Assembly (NCBI GenBank): GCA_937873455.1
Contig: CALMYG010000177.1
Coordinates: 60,118-124,117 of the forward strand
Source: an uncultured Verrucomicrobiota bacterium
Lineage (GTDB): Bacteria > Verrucomicrobiota > Kiritimatiellia > CAIVKH01
Direction of reading: 5' to 3'
Length of the DNA: 64,000 bases
The position numbers and the translations under genes were made by a program. How positions within the stretch are numbered: the stretch's first letter is position 1; every line of letters begins with the position of its first letter. The notes beneath the pieces are model-generated. The model was not told the DNA's origin and made no database searches. It saw only the letters and a program-made list of their open reading frames with translations. Shown piece after piece: positions 28,630 to 37,025 of the stretch.

Positions 28630-29855
28630 ACCGGCGGCGGCATTTGTTCGAGGCTTTTGGCGTCGAATTGGAATACATGCTCGTTCACCGGGACAGCCTG
28701 GAGATTGTTCCCGAGGTGGACCAGTTGTTCCGGGATGCCGCCGGCAGCTTCGTTTCTGATTACGAGGACGGACCGATCTCCTGGTCCAACGAATTGGTCC
28801 GCCACGTCATGGAAGTCAAAGTCAGCGAGCCTGTGGCCTCGTTCGCCGGACTGTCCGATGTCTTTCAACGCAGCCTGGATCGCATCCAGACATTGGCCGC
28901 GGCGCGCAACACCTGCCTGATGCCCACCGCCATGCACCCGTGGATGGATCCCGCCCGCGAGACCGAACTCTGGCCGCACGATTATGCCGAGGTATACCGG
29001 ACCTTTGACCGCATTTTTGACTGCCGGCGGCACGGCTGGGCCAACCTCCAATCCGTACACCTGAACCTGCCGTTTTGCGGCGACGAGGAATTCGCCCGCC
29101 TCCACGCGGCCATTCGCCTCGTACTGCCCTTGTTGCCGGGCTTGGCCGCCGCCTCCCCGATCATGGAGGGCCGCATCACCGGGCATCTCGACAGTCGGCT
29201 GGATGTCTACGTCAACAACAGCCGGGTCATTCCCCACATCACCGGTGATATCATTCCCGAACCGGTTTTCAGTCGGGATGCCTACGTGGACGCCATTCTC
29301 CAACCCATGTACACGGCCATCGCGCCCTACGACCCGGAAGGCATGCTGCAAGACGAATTTCTCAATGCGCGCGGCGCTATCGCCCGATTCGACCGCAACG
29401 CCATCGAAATCCGGCTGCTCGACGTCCAGGAATGTCCCGCCGCCGACCTCGCCATCGTGCAGGCCGTCGTCCATGCGGTGCGCCGTCAGGTGGAAGAAAC
29501 CTGGACGCCCCTCGACACCCAGAAGCAGTGGTCCTCCGCGCGCTTAAAAGCCATACTGCTCGCCCATATCCGGGATGCCGATGATACCATCATTTCCGAC
29601 CGCGAGTTTCTCGCTGCGTGGGGCTACGCCGGCGTCACCACCACGTCGCGCGACCTCTGGCGTCATATCCTCAACGACGTTTCGATCCCCGATGCCGAAC
29701 CGGCCCGCGCACTTGAGCTGATCCTCCGCGAAGGTGTGTTGGCCCGACGCATGCTCAGAAGGCTTCATGGCAGCATGGATCGCCCGGCCATCGCCGGCTT
29801 GTACCGGGAGCTCATGGAGGCGCTGCGTATCGGGCGCCCCTGGAGCCCGGCATGA
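28626..29855 (+). CDS. Carboxylate-amine ligase of the GCS2 family (YbdK-like glutamate-cysteine-ligase fold)
   Basis: MNRRRHLFEAFGVELEYMLVHRD is the hallmark GCS2 N-terminus (GxExEY). Further along it reads ...HLNLPF.... Its start overlaps the ATP-grasp stop by 4 nt. Confidence 0.8.
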   Translation: MNRRRHLFEAFGVELEYMLVHRDSLEIVPEVDQLFRDAAGSFVSDYEDGPISWSNELVRHVMEVKVSEPVASFAGLSDVFQRSLDRIQTLAAARNTCLMPTAMHPWMDPARETELWPHDYAEVYRTFDRIFDCRRHGWANLQSVHLNLPFCGDEEFARLHAAIRLVLPLLPGLAAASPIMEGRITGHLDSRLDVYVNNSRVIPHITGDIIPEPVFSRDAYVDAILQPMYTAIAPYDPEGMLQDEFLNARGAIARFDRNAIEIRLLDVQECPAADLAIVQAVVHAVRRQVEETWTPLDTQKQWSSARLKAILLAHIRDADDTIISDREFLAAWGYAGVTTTSRDLWRHILNDVSIPDAEPARALELILREGVLARRMLRRLHGSMDRPAIAGLYRELMEALRIGRPWSPA

Positions 29856-30601
29856 TACGCCCCGCTCCCGGCCTCGTATTAACCTGTGAACATGCGGGGA
29901 ACTGCGTCCCCCCCGCCTACCGCCACGTATTTCCGTCGCATCGCGCCCTGCTCACCTCGCATCGCGGGTGGGACCCCGGCATCTATCCGGTCGCCCTCGC
30001 GGTCAGCCGGGCCTTGCGTGTCCCGCTGAAGGCGCACTTTGTCACACGCTTGCTGGTCGAAACCAACCGCTCGCTGACGCATCCCGATCTCTTCTCGAAA
30101 ATAACCCGGTCGTTGCCAGCCGACGAAAAACAACGTGTCCTCGAACGGTATTACCACCCGCACCGCGCACGGGTGGTTGCCCTGCTCCAGCGGGTCATCG
30201 ACGCCGGACACCCCGCCCTCCACCTCGGATTTCACTCCTTCACGCCGGTATGGAATGGCGCTGTGCGCACGGTGGACATCGGCCTGCTCTACGATCCGGC
30301 CCGCCCCGGCGAGCGCTCCTATTGCTTCGTGCTCAAGCGCCTGCTGGAACGCACCCATCCCGAGTGGCGCATTCGCATGAACCGGCCCTACCGTGGAACC
30401 AGCGATGGCCTCACCACCGCATTACGGAAACGCTGGCCGGACCGGTCCTACCGAGGCATCGAAATCGAAATCAACCAAGCCCTGCTGGGCCGGGCCCGCG
30501 ACCGCACCCGCATCGCCCGATCGCTCGCCCAGTGCCTGATCGCCGCATCGACCGAGGGCGAAAATCAAGCCGCTTTGCCTCGGGGAAAAAGACACTACTG
30601 A
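29852..30601 (+). CDS. N-formylglutamate amidohydrolase-family protein (zinc carboxypeptidase-like fold)
   Basis: LVLTCEHAGNCVP is the FGase-family CEHA/G motif. The protein also has ...HSFTP... and is ~249 aa. It is ATGA-coupled to the GCS2 gene. Confidence 0.7.
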   Translation: MIRPAPGLVLTCEHAGNCVPPAYRHVFPSHRALLTSHRGWDPGIYPVALAVSRALRVPLKAHFVTRLLVETNRSLTHPDLFSKITRSLPADEKQRVLERYYHPHRARVVALLQRVIDAGHPALHLGFHSFTPVWNGAVRTVDIGLLYDPARPGERSYCFVLKRLLERTHPEWRIRMNRPYRGTSDGLTTALRKRWPDRSYRGIEIEINQALLGRARDRTRIARSLAQCLIAASTEGENQAALPRGKRHY

Positions 30602-30661
30602 ACTACGCCGATTGCGGTACGCCGCAAGACCACGGATGCAACATGGTTAGGCAGACAAGCC

Positions 30662-31084
30662 TCAGGGCGGGGAAGCCTGCCCGCAAAGCGCATGGAAACC
30701 TTTCACGTTCCGTAGTTGTTTGGCCAACAGCAGTTCACACGCTATTACCACGACGATAATGACAAGCACGTTCAACGCCGGGGTATGTAACCCTCGCGGA
30801 TTGACCACGTAGTTTCCAAAAAGCACATAGAGCGGAGTATAGAGTACCACGATCATCGCAATGCGCGTGGCTGTCACATTGCCCAACAGTGAAAGAAGAA
30901 GAGCGGCAGCCAGGATCAGGTTTGTACCACTCCACAAAAGTGATGCGGGATGATAGTCATAGTGGCCAACGTTGCCTTCTCGCAGGCTTGCGTCGAAGTA
31001 GTCGCGGAAGTGTGTGATGGAATGCGGCACAAGCGCGCAGACGGCAACAAGAAGTACAATCATCAAAACACGCGTTAGTTTCAC
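30662..31084 (-). CDS. Small integral membrane protein (4 TM)
   Basis: It has four hydrophobic helices and sits in a lower-GC region. I recognise no motifs. Confidence 0.45.
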   Translation of the reverse strand: MKLTRVLMIVLLVAVCALVPHSITHFRDYFDASLREGNVGHYDYHPASLLWSGTNLILAAALLLSLLGNVTATRIAMIVVLYTPLYVLFGNYVVNPRGLHTPALNVLVIIVVVIACELLLAKQLRNVKGFHALCGQASPP

Positions 31085-31171
31085 TTGAGCTTCCCTTCGG
31101 CAATAGCATGCAAAAATCTTGGCGACGACCCGCAGCTCCGCTCGCTCCGGGCGTGCTTCAGTCGGCGCATG

Positions 31172-31852
31172 TTAGGGCAAACCCATTGCGAAGTTGATGC
31201 TATGAATCAGAAGCTTCGGATTATCTTTTAGGATTCCATCATGGCCGTATAAAACAATTCGTCCGCGCCCGTAGGTTTGTAGAGCCGCAACCGTTTTATG
31301 TTTATCATCCTTAAGGATTGGCTTGAAGCTTTTTTCGTTCGCGCGGACCTCGGAGGGCCACCAATCAGAACGCTCGACAACGCTGATGCCCGCCATTATC
31401 TCCGTGCCAAAATATACGGGTTCTCCACTACTATGCTCGGTGATCCAGAAGTTGAGTCGACGTCCGATTATGTTGAGGGGATACGTCTCGATCGGCTGGT
31501 TTCCGTACTCCTTGTACGTCCATGACCACGCCTGACCCGCACAGACCAGACCGCCGCCGTTTTTAACAAAGCGCTGGATAGCATCCAATTCGCCGACCCG
31601 GTATTTCGAGTTTGGCGCGGCAATAAATAGCACCCCAAGCTTTTCCAACGATGCTGAGTCAATCGCGTTATCAAGGGTTATCGCCTTGAATCCATTTGAC
31701 GCCAGCGCCTCGGCCAGTCCAGGCCAAACCTGTCCATGCCTAACATCAAGACCGACAATGGAACTGGACTGGCGCGGCACCGTAGCGCATCCCTGAATGA
31801 TAAGGACCGCGACGGAGATGCACGTAATCGACAGGATGGACTTTATTTTCAT
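31172..31852 (-). CDS. Lipoprotein with a ThuA/GATase1-like fold
   Basis: The signal-plus-lipobox is MKIKSILSITCISVAVLIIQGC. GGGLVCAGQAW resembles the class-I glutamine-amidotransferase-like/ThuA core. It lies in the lower-GC segment. Confidence 0.45.
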   Translation of the reverse strand: MKIKSILSITCISVAVLIIQGCATVPRQSSSIVGLDVRHGQVWPGLAEALASNGFKAITLDNAIDSASLEKLGVLFIAAPNSKYRVGELDAIQRFVKNGGGLVCAGQAWSWTYKEYGNQPIETYPLNIIGRRLNFWITEHSSGEPVYFGTEIMAGISVVERSDWWPSEVRANEKSFKPILKDDKHKTVAALQTYGRGRIVLYGHDGILKDNPKLLIHSINFAMGLP

Positions 31853-31932
31853 AGGTGTTTCTTTTGTTCTTCCGTTAACGGCGTCTCCTGCGTGGCGGCA
31901 GGTTGAACCCACCGTCATATTCGGTTTATGGA

Positions 31933-32682
31933 TTAGACCTTTCTGGCGATGTATACCCCATAGCCGTAGAAGGCTTTGTATCTCCGGTAAAAATCGATCT
32001 CTTTCCTTTCCGCGTTAACAATCGCTTTTGCTTTCTCGGAATTCCCGTGGCGAGACAAGAACGCTTCAAACCGGTTTTGCATCGGCGCATAATACGCTTC
32101 GAGCCAACACGCCTCAGGCAATATGAAATAGCCGACAGGTGAATAGCCGTGTTTCTCAAGCACCCTGATCTTGGACGAGGCTACATCGATCTCGGGATAT
32201 TCCGCATCCCAATGTTCCTGAATCTCGGACGGGCGGGAATCCGTGATCCACGTAATCTCGGATGCAACCAACACGCCTCCAGTCTTCAGAAAGCGTCGCC
32301 ACTGAGAAACGCCTTTTTCAAATCCGATCGTGTAGATCGAACCCTCAGCCCAGATTACGTCTAGCTCTTCATCGGCAAACGGCAAATCATCCATGGAGCA
32401 GGCCAACGTCGAAATCCTGTCTTGCACGCCCGCCTGCTTCGCACGAAGGATCAACTCGTCAAGAAACTCCTGGAGGAAATCGACCGCGATGATTTGGGCA
32501 TTCACATGCTTCGCAAGGAAAAGCGTGGAAGCGCCCGTCCCGCAGCCGATGTCGGCTAATTTTATGGGCGCTTTCCGATCCAGGCGAGTCAAACCAAGTG
32601 CAATTTCAGTCTGCGCGTCTCCGCCGGGACCCTGCCGCGCGCCCCCCTTGTGAAGATCGATTAATAGTCGGAAGTCGTCCAC
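31933..32682 (-). CDS. Class I SAM-dependent methyltransferase
   Basis: LADIGCGTGASTLFLA is SAM-binding motif I. An acidic residue follows IIAVDF (motif II), and LKTGGVLVASE is motif III. Confidence 0.7.
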   Translation of the reverse strand: MDDFRLLIDLHKGGARQGPGGDAQTEIALGLTRLDRKAPIKLADIGCGTGASTLFLAKHVNAQIIAVDFLQEFLDELILRAKQAGVQDRISTLACSMDDLPFADEELDVIWAEGSIYTIGFEKGVSQWRRFLKTGGVLVASEITWITDSRPSEIQEHWDAEYPEIDVASSKIRVLEKHGYSPVGYFILPEACWLEAYYAPMQNRFEAFLSRHGNSEKAKAIVNAERKEIDFYRRYKAFYGYGVYIARKV

Positions 32683-32861
32683 GGTGCTTTTCCATCCTCT
32701 GGCAAACAGGGTTATTGATCATCACGAAGCTATTAATTCCTTATCAGAATAATCAATCGGGGACACTGAAATAATGGCCTTGCGCCTCTCCTGCGATCAG
32801 GCATGACGAACGGGCCATCATCAACGCATCATCGCCCCATCCTGTGCGGACCAGCCAGGGT

Positions 32862-33956
32862 TTAGCGAAACGTTGCCGCGTGACTACCGGGAAGAGTCAA
32901 CAGATCGCTGATTCCCCAGCTATATTGAACGATAGTTCCAATGCTAGAGGACCGCTCGTGGGTCTTTTGCCGCAAAGCAATCGCTTGAATTTTTTCCGAA
33001 TCGGGATAAGCCCGCGCTGCGATGTCCCAGACCGGAATCGGCGCACCTCCCCGTGGCTCCATGAGGTCAGCATAGAATTCCAGCGATTCTTTCAGGATGC
33101 CATCCTCCCGATGGAACAAATCCTCGCCGGTATCCGCCTTTACCACCTCGCAAATCTGAAGGCAGGCCGCCAATCCTGCGGTCTGGTGCCAGGCATCGCC
33201 GCGGAAATGATCATTATTTTCGCCGTTGGCGTTCACGAAATAGGTGGTTCCGCTTCCCGGTTCCTCTCTCGGAGCGCGAAAGTCCCGCCACCGGATCACC
33301 TGTTTATAACGCTGCACCACAGCCTGATACCAGGCTTGGTCCCCGACAAGTCGCGCGACATGCAAGACGGCCTCCAGACCCGCCAACGTCCGGTTGCTCA
33401 CATGTTCGTTTTCCCAGTGCTGCAGGAGTTGAGGCCTGGTATCGGGCAACGCCTTCTCCCTGGGGAGCAGATAGACCTGCGCCGTGAAAACGGCCCACGC
33501 TTCGAAATCGGCCCGAATCTCCTCGTATTCCTCGGCCTCCAACCTTTTCAGCACATACGCCGCCCTGGCCATCGCGCCAAGATTCCAGGCCGCGCACAAC
33601 CAGCCATTCGGACCGATGAACCCCTTGTTTTGGGCAGCCCAGGCGCTCAGAATCGCGGCCGCGGATCGCGCGTGGGCTTCGCGCTCCGGCCCGGTCACCC
33701 GCGCATAAGCCGCCGCATGTAACAGCGCGTTTTCAGCATCCGCGGTAAAACTCCCGCATGCCGTATGGGCGGGTAAATCAAGAAAGGCCACCGGTTCCGC
33801 TCTACCCGATTGCACGCCCCGAGCCTGCAGGATATGGAGGATGATCTCCGTCCGGACAGGCGAGAGAACATCCTTTCCGTCTGCCCGGACCAAAGCCGGA
33901 AACAAATACGGACAAGTGACAAGCCACGCGCAAAGCACCTCAGCACGCCATTTCAT
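32862..33956 (-). CDS. Secreted alpha/alpha-toroid protein that resembles a polysaccharide lyase (alginate-lyase-like)
   Basis: It has a signal peptide. It is W-rich and helical, and its WENEHVSNRT segment resembles the NNHSYW block of alginate-lyase-like lyases. This assignment is by resemblance only. Confidence 0.4.
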   Translation of the reverse strand: MKWRAEVLCAWLVTCPYLFPALVRADGKDVLSPVRTEIILHILQARGVQSGRAEPVAFLDLPAHTACGSFTADAENALLHAAAYARVTGPEREAHARSAAAILSAWAAQNKGFIGPNGWLCAAWNLGAMARAAYVLKRLEAEEYEEIRADFEAWAVFTAQVYLLPREKALPDTRPQLLQHWENEHVSNRTLAGLEAVLHVARLVGDQAWYQAVVQRYKQVIRWRDFRAPREEPGSGTTYFVNANGENNDHFRGDAWHQTAGLAACLQICEVVKADTGEDLFHREDGILKESLEFYADLMEPRGGAPIPVWDIAARAYPDSEKIQAIALRQKTHERSSSIGTIVQYSWGISDLLTLPGSHAATFR

Positions 33957-34312
33957 GTTGCCTCACGTTCCGCTTATTCGCCCGGCGGGTCAACGGAAAT
34001 CACCAACAGGGCATAGTCGTGGATTCGGGTATGCGCCGCAGGCGCAGGGCGGATTCCCGCCTGGCTCTCACGCCGCATCACATGCCGCCCTCGGCGCGGG
34101 CGGCGACCGCGCCTCTCTACCCTGCGGACGGCGAGGCCGCCGTCCCTGTCCCTCCCGACGTGATCCAGCGTTGTAGGCCGACCCTCCGCCTGCCTCGCCA
34201 AAGGCTTTGCGAAGGCGGGTGGTCGGCGTACGTTACGTATGGGGCGATCAACCAGCAGGCGGAAGGGCCCGCGTGCAAACGTTCCAAACCTCGGAAAAAA
34301 GGACGCTGAAAA

Positions 34313-34361
34313 GTTCCAAGGTTTGGAACTTTTTGACTGGCGATTTTCCGAAGTTTGGAAC
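34313..34361 (+). promoter_or_regulatory. Two adjacent palindromic operator-like sites upstream of the thr leader: GTTCCAAGGTTTGGAAC (perfect 7-3-7) and TTCCGAAGTTTGGAAC (imperfect)
   Basis: I read these directly. 34313-34329 is a perfect inverted repeat. 34346-34361 is a near-repeat. A further GTTCCAA half-site lies at 34281-34287. A TTGACT -35-like hexamer at 34333-34338 sits between the two sites. Confidence 0.5.
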
Positions 34362-34428
34362 TTTTACTTCAATTTTCCCTGAAATTACCGCTTGTCCTGA
34401 ATCAGGATTCCGTTAGTATCGGCCGAAG

Positions 34429-34476
34429 ATGAAATTTGGAACCACCATTACCATTACGAAGATCGCAGACTCCTGA
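34429..34476 (+). CDS. thrL: Thr/Ile-rich leader peptide (MKFGTTITITKIADS) of a threonine-operon-type attenuator
   Basis: The ORF is atg aaa ttt gga acc acc att acc att acg aag atc gca gac tcc tga. Six consecutive Thr/Ile codons are followed ~28 nt later by an intrinsic terminator. It is located 77 nt upstream of hom. Confidence 0.6.
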   Translation: MKFGTTITITKIADS

Positions 34477-34503
34477 GGGGCAGCGATGCGCGCAGTGGTG
34501 CAA

Positions 34504-34527
34504 CCCCTCCCCGAGAGGGGTTTTTTT
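34504..34527 (+). terminator. Rho-independent terminator/attenuator hairpin (CCCCTC-cccga-GAGGGG + TTTTTTT) between the leader peptide and hom
   Basis: A 6-bp GC stem at 34504-34509/34515-34520 with a 5-nt loop and a 7-T tail. An upstream GAGGGG at 34475-34480, overlapping the leader stop codon, can pair with the CCCCTC arm instead, giving an antiterminator. Confidence 0.6.
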
Positions 34528-34552
34528 GTAACGATATACCGGGAACAGGATT

Positions 34553-35851
34553 ATGAAGGAAATTGGATTGGGCTTGCTGGGTTTTGGCACCGTGGGGGCC
34601 GGTGTCGTGGAAGGACTCCAACGCAACGGGGACCTGATCGCCGGGCGCTCCGGCGTGAAGCTGGTGTTGCGCAAAATCGCCGATCTCGACCTGGAACGCG
34701 ATCGCGGCGTGTCCGTTGATCGCGGCATGTTGACCAACGACGCGATGTCGGTCATCCGCGATCCCCAGGTTCATATCATCATCGAGCTGATCGGCGGCGT
34801 GGGCATCGCCCGCGAACTGGTTACCGAGGCGCTCAAAATGGGCAAGCCGGTGGTAACGGCGAACAAGAAATTGCTGGCGGAATACGGAGCGAGCCTGTTC
34901 GCGCTGGCCGATGCCAACCAGGTGGACCTGCGTTTTGAAGCGAGCGTCGGCGGCGGCATCCCGATCATCCAGGCGCTGCGCGAGGGGTTGATCGCAAACC
35001 ACATCCCCAACCTTTACGGCATTCTCAACGGCACCTGCAACTACATCCTGACCCGGATGGAAACCGAAGGGCTTCCGTTTGACCAGGTCTTGCGGGCCGC
35101 CCAGGACGCAGGCTTTGCCGAAGCCGAACCGAGCCTGGATATCGACGGCCACGATACCGCACACAAGGCGGCGCTGCTGGCGTCGCTGGCTTACGGTTTT
35201 CCCATACCGCTGGATTCGCTGTACGTGGAAGGCATTCGCGGCATGGCCCGCGAAGACATCGCGTATGCCGCCGACCTGGGCTACCGGGTGAAGTTATTGG
35301 CGGTGGTGAAGAAACAGGACGACGCGGTGAGCGTGCGGGTGCATCCGGCGCTGGTGCCGCAGGATCACATGATCGCGTCGGTGTCGGGCGTGTTTAATGC
35401 GGTAATGGTGTCCGGCGATGTCGTCGGCGATACGTTGTATTACGGACGTGGAGCGGGTCGCCTGCCCACGGCCAGCGCGGTATTGAGCGATGTCGCGGCG
35501 GTGGCGCGCCAACTGGCCACCCAGTCCCGCCACCACCTGCCCGCGTTTATCCCGGAGGGCGCCACCCCGTCGATGCTGCCGGTCGATGATATTTCCTGCC
35601 GGTACTACCTGCGCCTGCTGGTGCAGGACAAGCCGGGGGTGCTTGCCCGGGTCGCCGGGATTCTCGGCGAACACGCGATCAGCATCGCGACGATGATCCA
35701 GAAAGACACCGGACGCGCCGGGTTTGCCGAGATGATCATGACGACGCATGTGGCGCTGGAGAAAAACTGCCGCAACGCACTGGTCGCCCTGAACGCGCTG
35801 GACGTGGTGGGCGCGCCGGCGGTGCGCTACCGGATCGAGGATTTTCACTGA
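34553..35851 (+). CDS. hom: Homoserine dehydrogenase with a C-terminal ACT domain
   Basis: The NAD-binding N-terminus is LGLLGFGTVGAGV. ...ANKKLLA... and EASVGGGIPII are homoserine dehydrogenase motifs. The C-terminal ~80 aa form an ACT-like domain. Confidence 0.9.
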   Translation: MKEIGLGLLGFGTVGAGVVEGLQRNGDLIAGRSGVKLVLRKIADLDLERDRGVSVDRGMLTNDAMSVIRDPQVHIIIELIGGVGIARELVTEALKMGKPVVTANKKLLAEYGASLFALADANQVDLRFEASVGGGIPIIQALREGLIANHIPNLYGILNGTCNYILTRMETEGLPFDQVLRAAQDAGFAEAEPSLDIDGHDTAHKAALLASLAYGFPIPLDSLYVEGIRGMAREDIAYAADLGYRVKLLAVVKKQDDAVSVRVHPALVPQDHMIASVSGVFNAVMVSGDVVGDTLYYGRGAGRLPTASAVLSDVAAVARQLATQSRHHLPAFIPEGATPSMLPVDDISCRYYLRLLVQDKPGVLARVAGILGEHAISIATMIQKDTGRAGFAEMIMTTHVALEKNCRNALVALNALDVVGAPAVRYRIEDFH

Positions 35852-35857
35852 TCGGCG

Positions 35858-37021
35858 ATGAAGTACGTGCTCGTCATTTACGAGGGGGCCGCGCAAGGCC
35901 CCTGCGATGACCTGGAGGGCGCCACCCCGCTGGAGTTGGCCCGCAACATCCACGCCACCGCGTTGAAGGCGCGCGGCCAGGCCGGATTGCTGCGTTGGCC
36001 GGAACGCGATGCGGTCACCCGCACCGAACAGGCGCTGGCCTGGTTGCTGGGCGTCGCTCCCGAAGAAGCCCGCGCACTGCGACGCGGCCCGCTGGAGGCC
36101 GCCGGCACCGCGATGGACCGTTCGCGCTGGACCTATGCCTACCGGGGCAACTTCATCACCACCGACGGGCCGGAAATCCGCGATAACCGTGTGCACGGGT
36201 TGAGCCGGGATGAAACCGCGTGGCTGACCCAGGCGGTACAAGAGGCGACGCAGGAGGAGCCGGTACTTTTCGAGGTGCTGGGCCCGGGACGCGTGGCGGT
36301 GATGTTTGACCGGCTGGACGGAGTAATCGATGACGGGGCGTTCCCCCGGCTGGGCGAACTCGAGGAACCGGAAACCGCCGCCCGTTCGAGCGCCCGGTCG
36401 CGCGTCATGGCGGCGGCGCAATCCGCGCTGGCCCGCCAATCCATCAACGACGTGCGGGTCGATCTTGGTGAAAATCCGGCGAACTGCCTGTGGCTCTGGG
36501 GCGGAGGTCCGCCGGTCCGGCTTGGCCGCCCGTTTCTGGGCGCACCCCTGCGGGCATGTATGATCACCAACAGTCCCCTCGCCCGCGGCCTCGCCACGCT
36601 GTGTGGCATGTCCACCGAACCGCTCGGCGATCCCTGGGCGGAAGCCGCCAAACCGGAACTCATCACGGCGGAAGAAATCGCCGCCCGGATCGCCGCCCAC
36701 GAGTTGACGGTGATCTACGTGGAGGCGCCGAATGAAGGCGGGACATTCGACGCTCCGGTCGACTGCGTTAAAAGCCTCGACCGGTTGGATATTCATGTAC
36801 TGGCGCGGGTGGTCGAAGCGGTGGAGCGTGCGGGCCCCGTGCGGCTCATGGTAACCGCCCTCCCCGCCGAAGGCGAATTTCTGGGTCAAACTCCCGTGCT
36901 GCTGTGGGGCGCCGGCATCTCCGGCGATGAGGCGGCCCGGTGGGATGAAACGCACTGCGGCGAGGGCGCCTTGGGCGTCACCCCGGCCCAACGATGTTTA
37001 TCACGTTTAATAGGAGAATAA
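35858..37021 (+). CDS. Cofactor-independent phosphoglycerate-mutase-like (ApgM-family) protein, the predicted non-orthologous homoserine kinase of thr operons
   Basis: The N-terminus MKYVLVIYEGAAQGPCDDLEGATPLELA matches the ApgM-family start (MKYIL.I.DG.AD.P...L.GKTPLE). In lineages lacking thrB this family is embedded between hom and downstream thr genes. That point is established knowledge from comparative genomics. Confidence 0.7.
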   Translation: MKYVLVIYEGAAQGPCDDLEGATPLELARNIHATALKARGQAGLLRWPERDAVTRTEQALAWLLGVAPEEARALRRGPLEAAGTAMDRSRWTYAYRGNFITTDGPEIRDNRVHGLSRDETAWLTQAVQEATQEEPVLFEVLGPGRVAVMFDRLDGVIDDGAFPRLGELEEPETAARSSARSRVMAAAQSALARQSINDVRVDLGENPANCLWLWGGGPPVRLGRPFLGAPLRACMITNSPLARGLATLCGMSTEPLGDPWAEAAKPELITAEEIAARIAAHELTVIYVEAPNEGGTFDAPVDCVKSLDRLDIHVLARVVEAVERAGPVRLMVTALPAEGEFLGQTPVLLWGAGISGDEAARWDETHCGEGALGVTPAQRCLSRLIGE

Positions 37022-37025
37022 CGGT

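Noticed and set aside
27739-29474. Minus-strand ORFs of 290 and 328 aa antisense to the ATP-grasp and GCS2 genes
   Set aside because: Plus-strand genes have strong family motifs and coupling. The antisense ORFs are Gly/Asp/Val-rich shadows.
33957-34300. ORFs of 75 and 96 aa in the GC-rich spacer between the lyase-like gene and the thr regulatory region
   Set aside because: They are extremely Arg/Pro/Gly-rich with no RBS. The region is more plausibly non-coding, the promoter region for the thr operon.
35294-36991. 565-aa minus-strand ORF spanning hom and the ApgM-like gene
   Set aside because: Both plus-strand genes are well supported. This ORF is Arg/Gly/His-rich low complexity.
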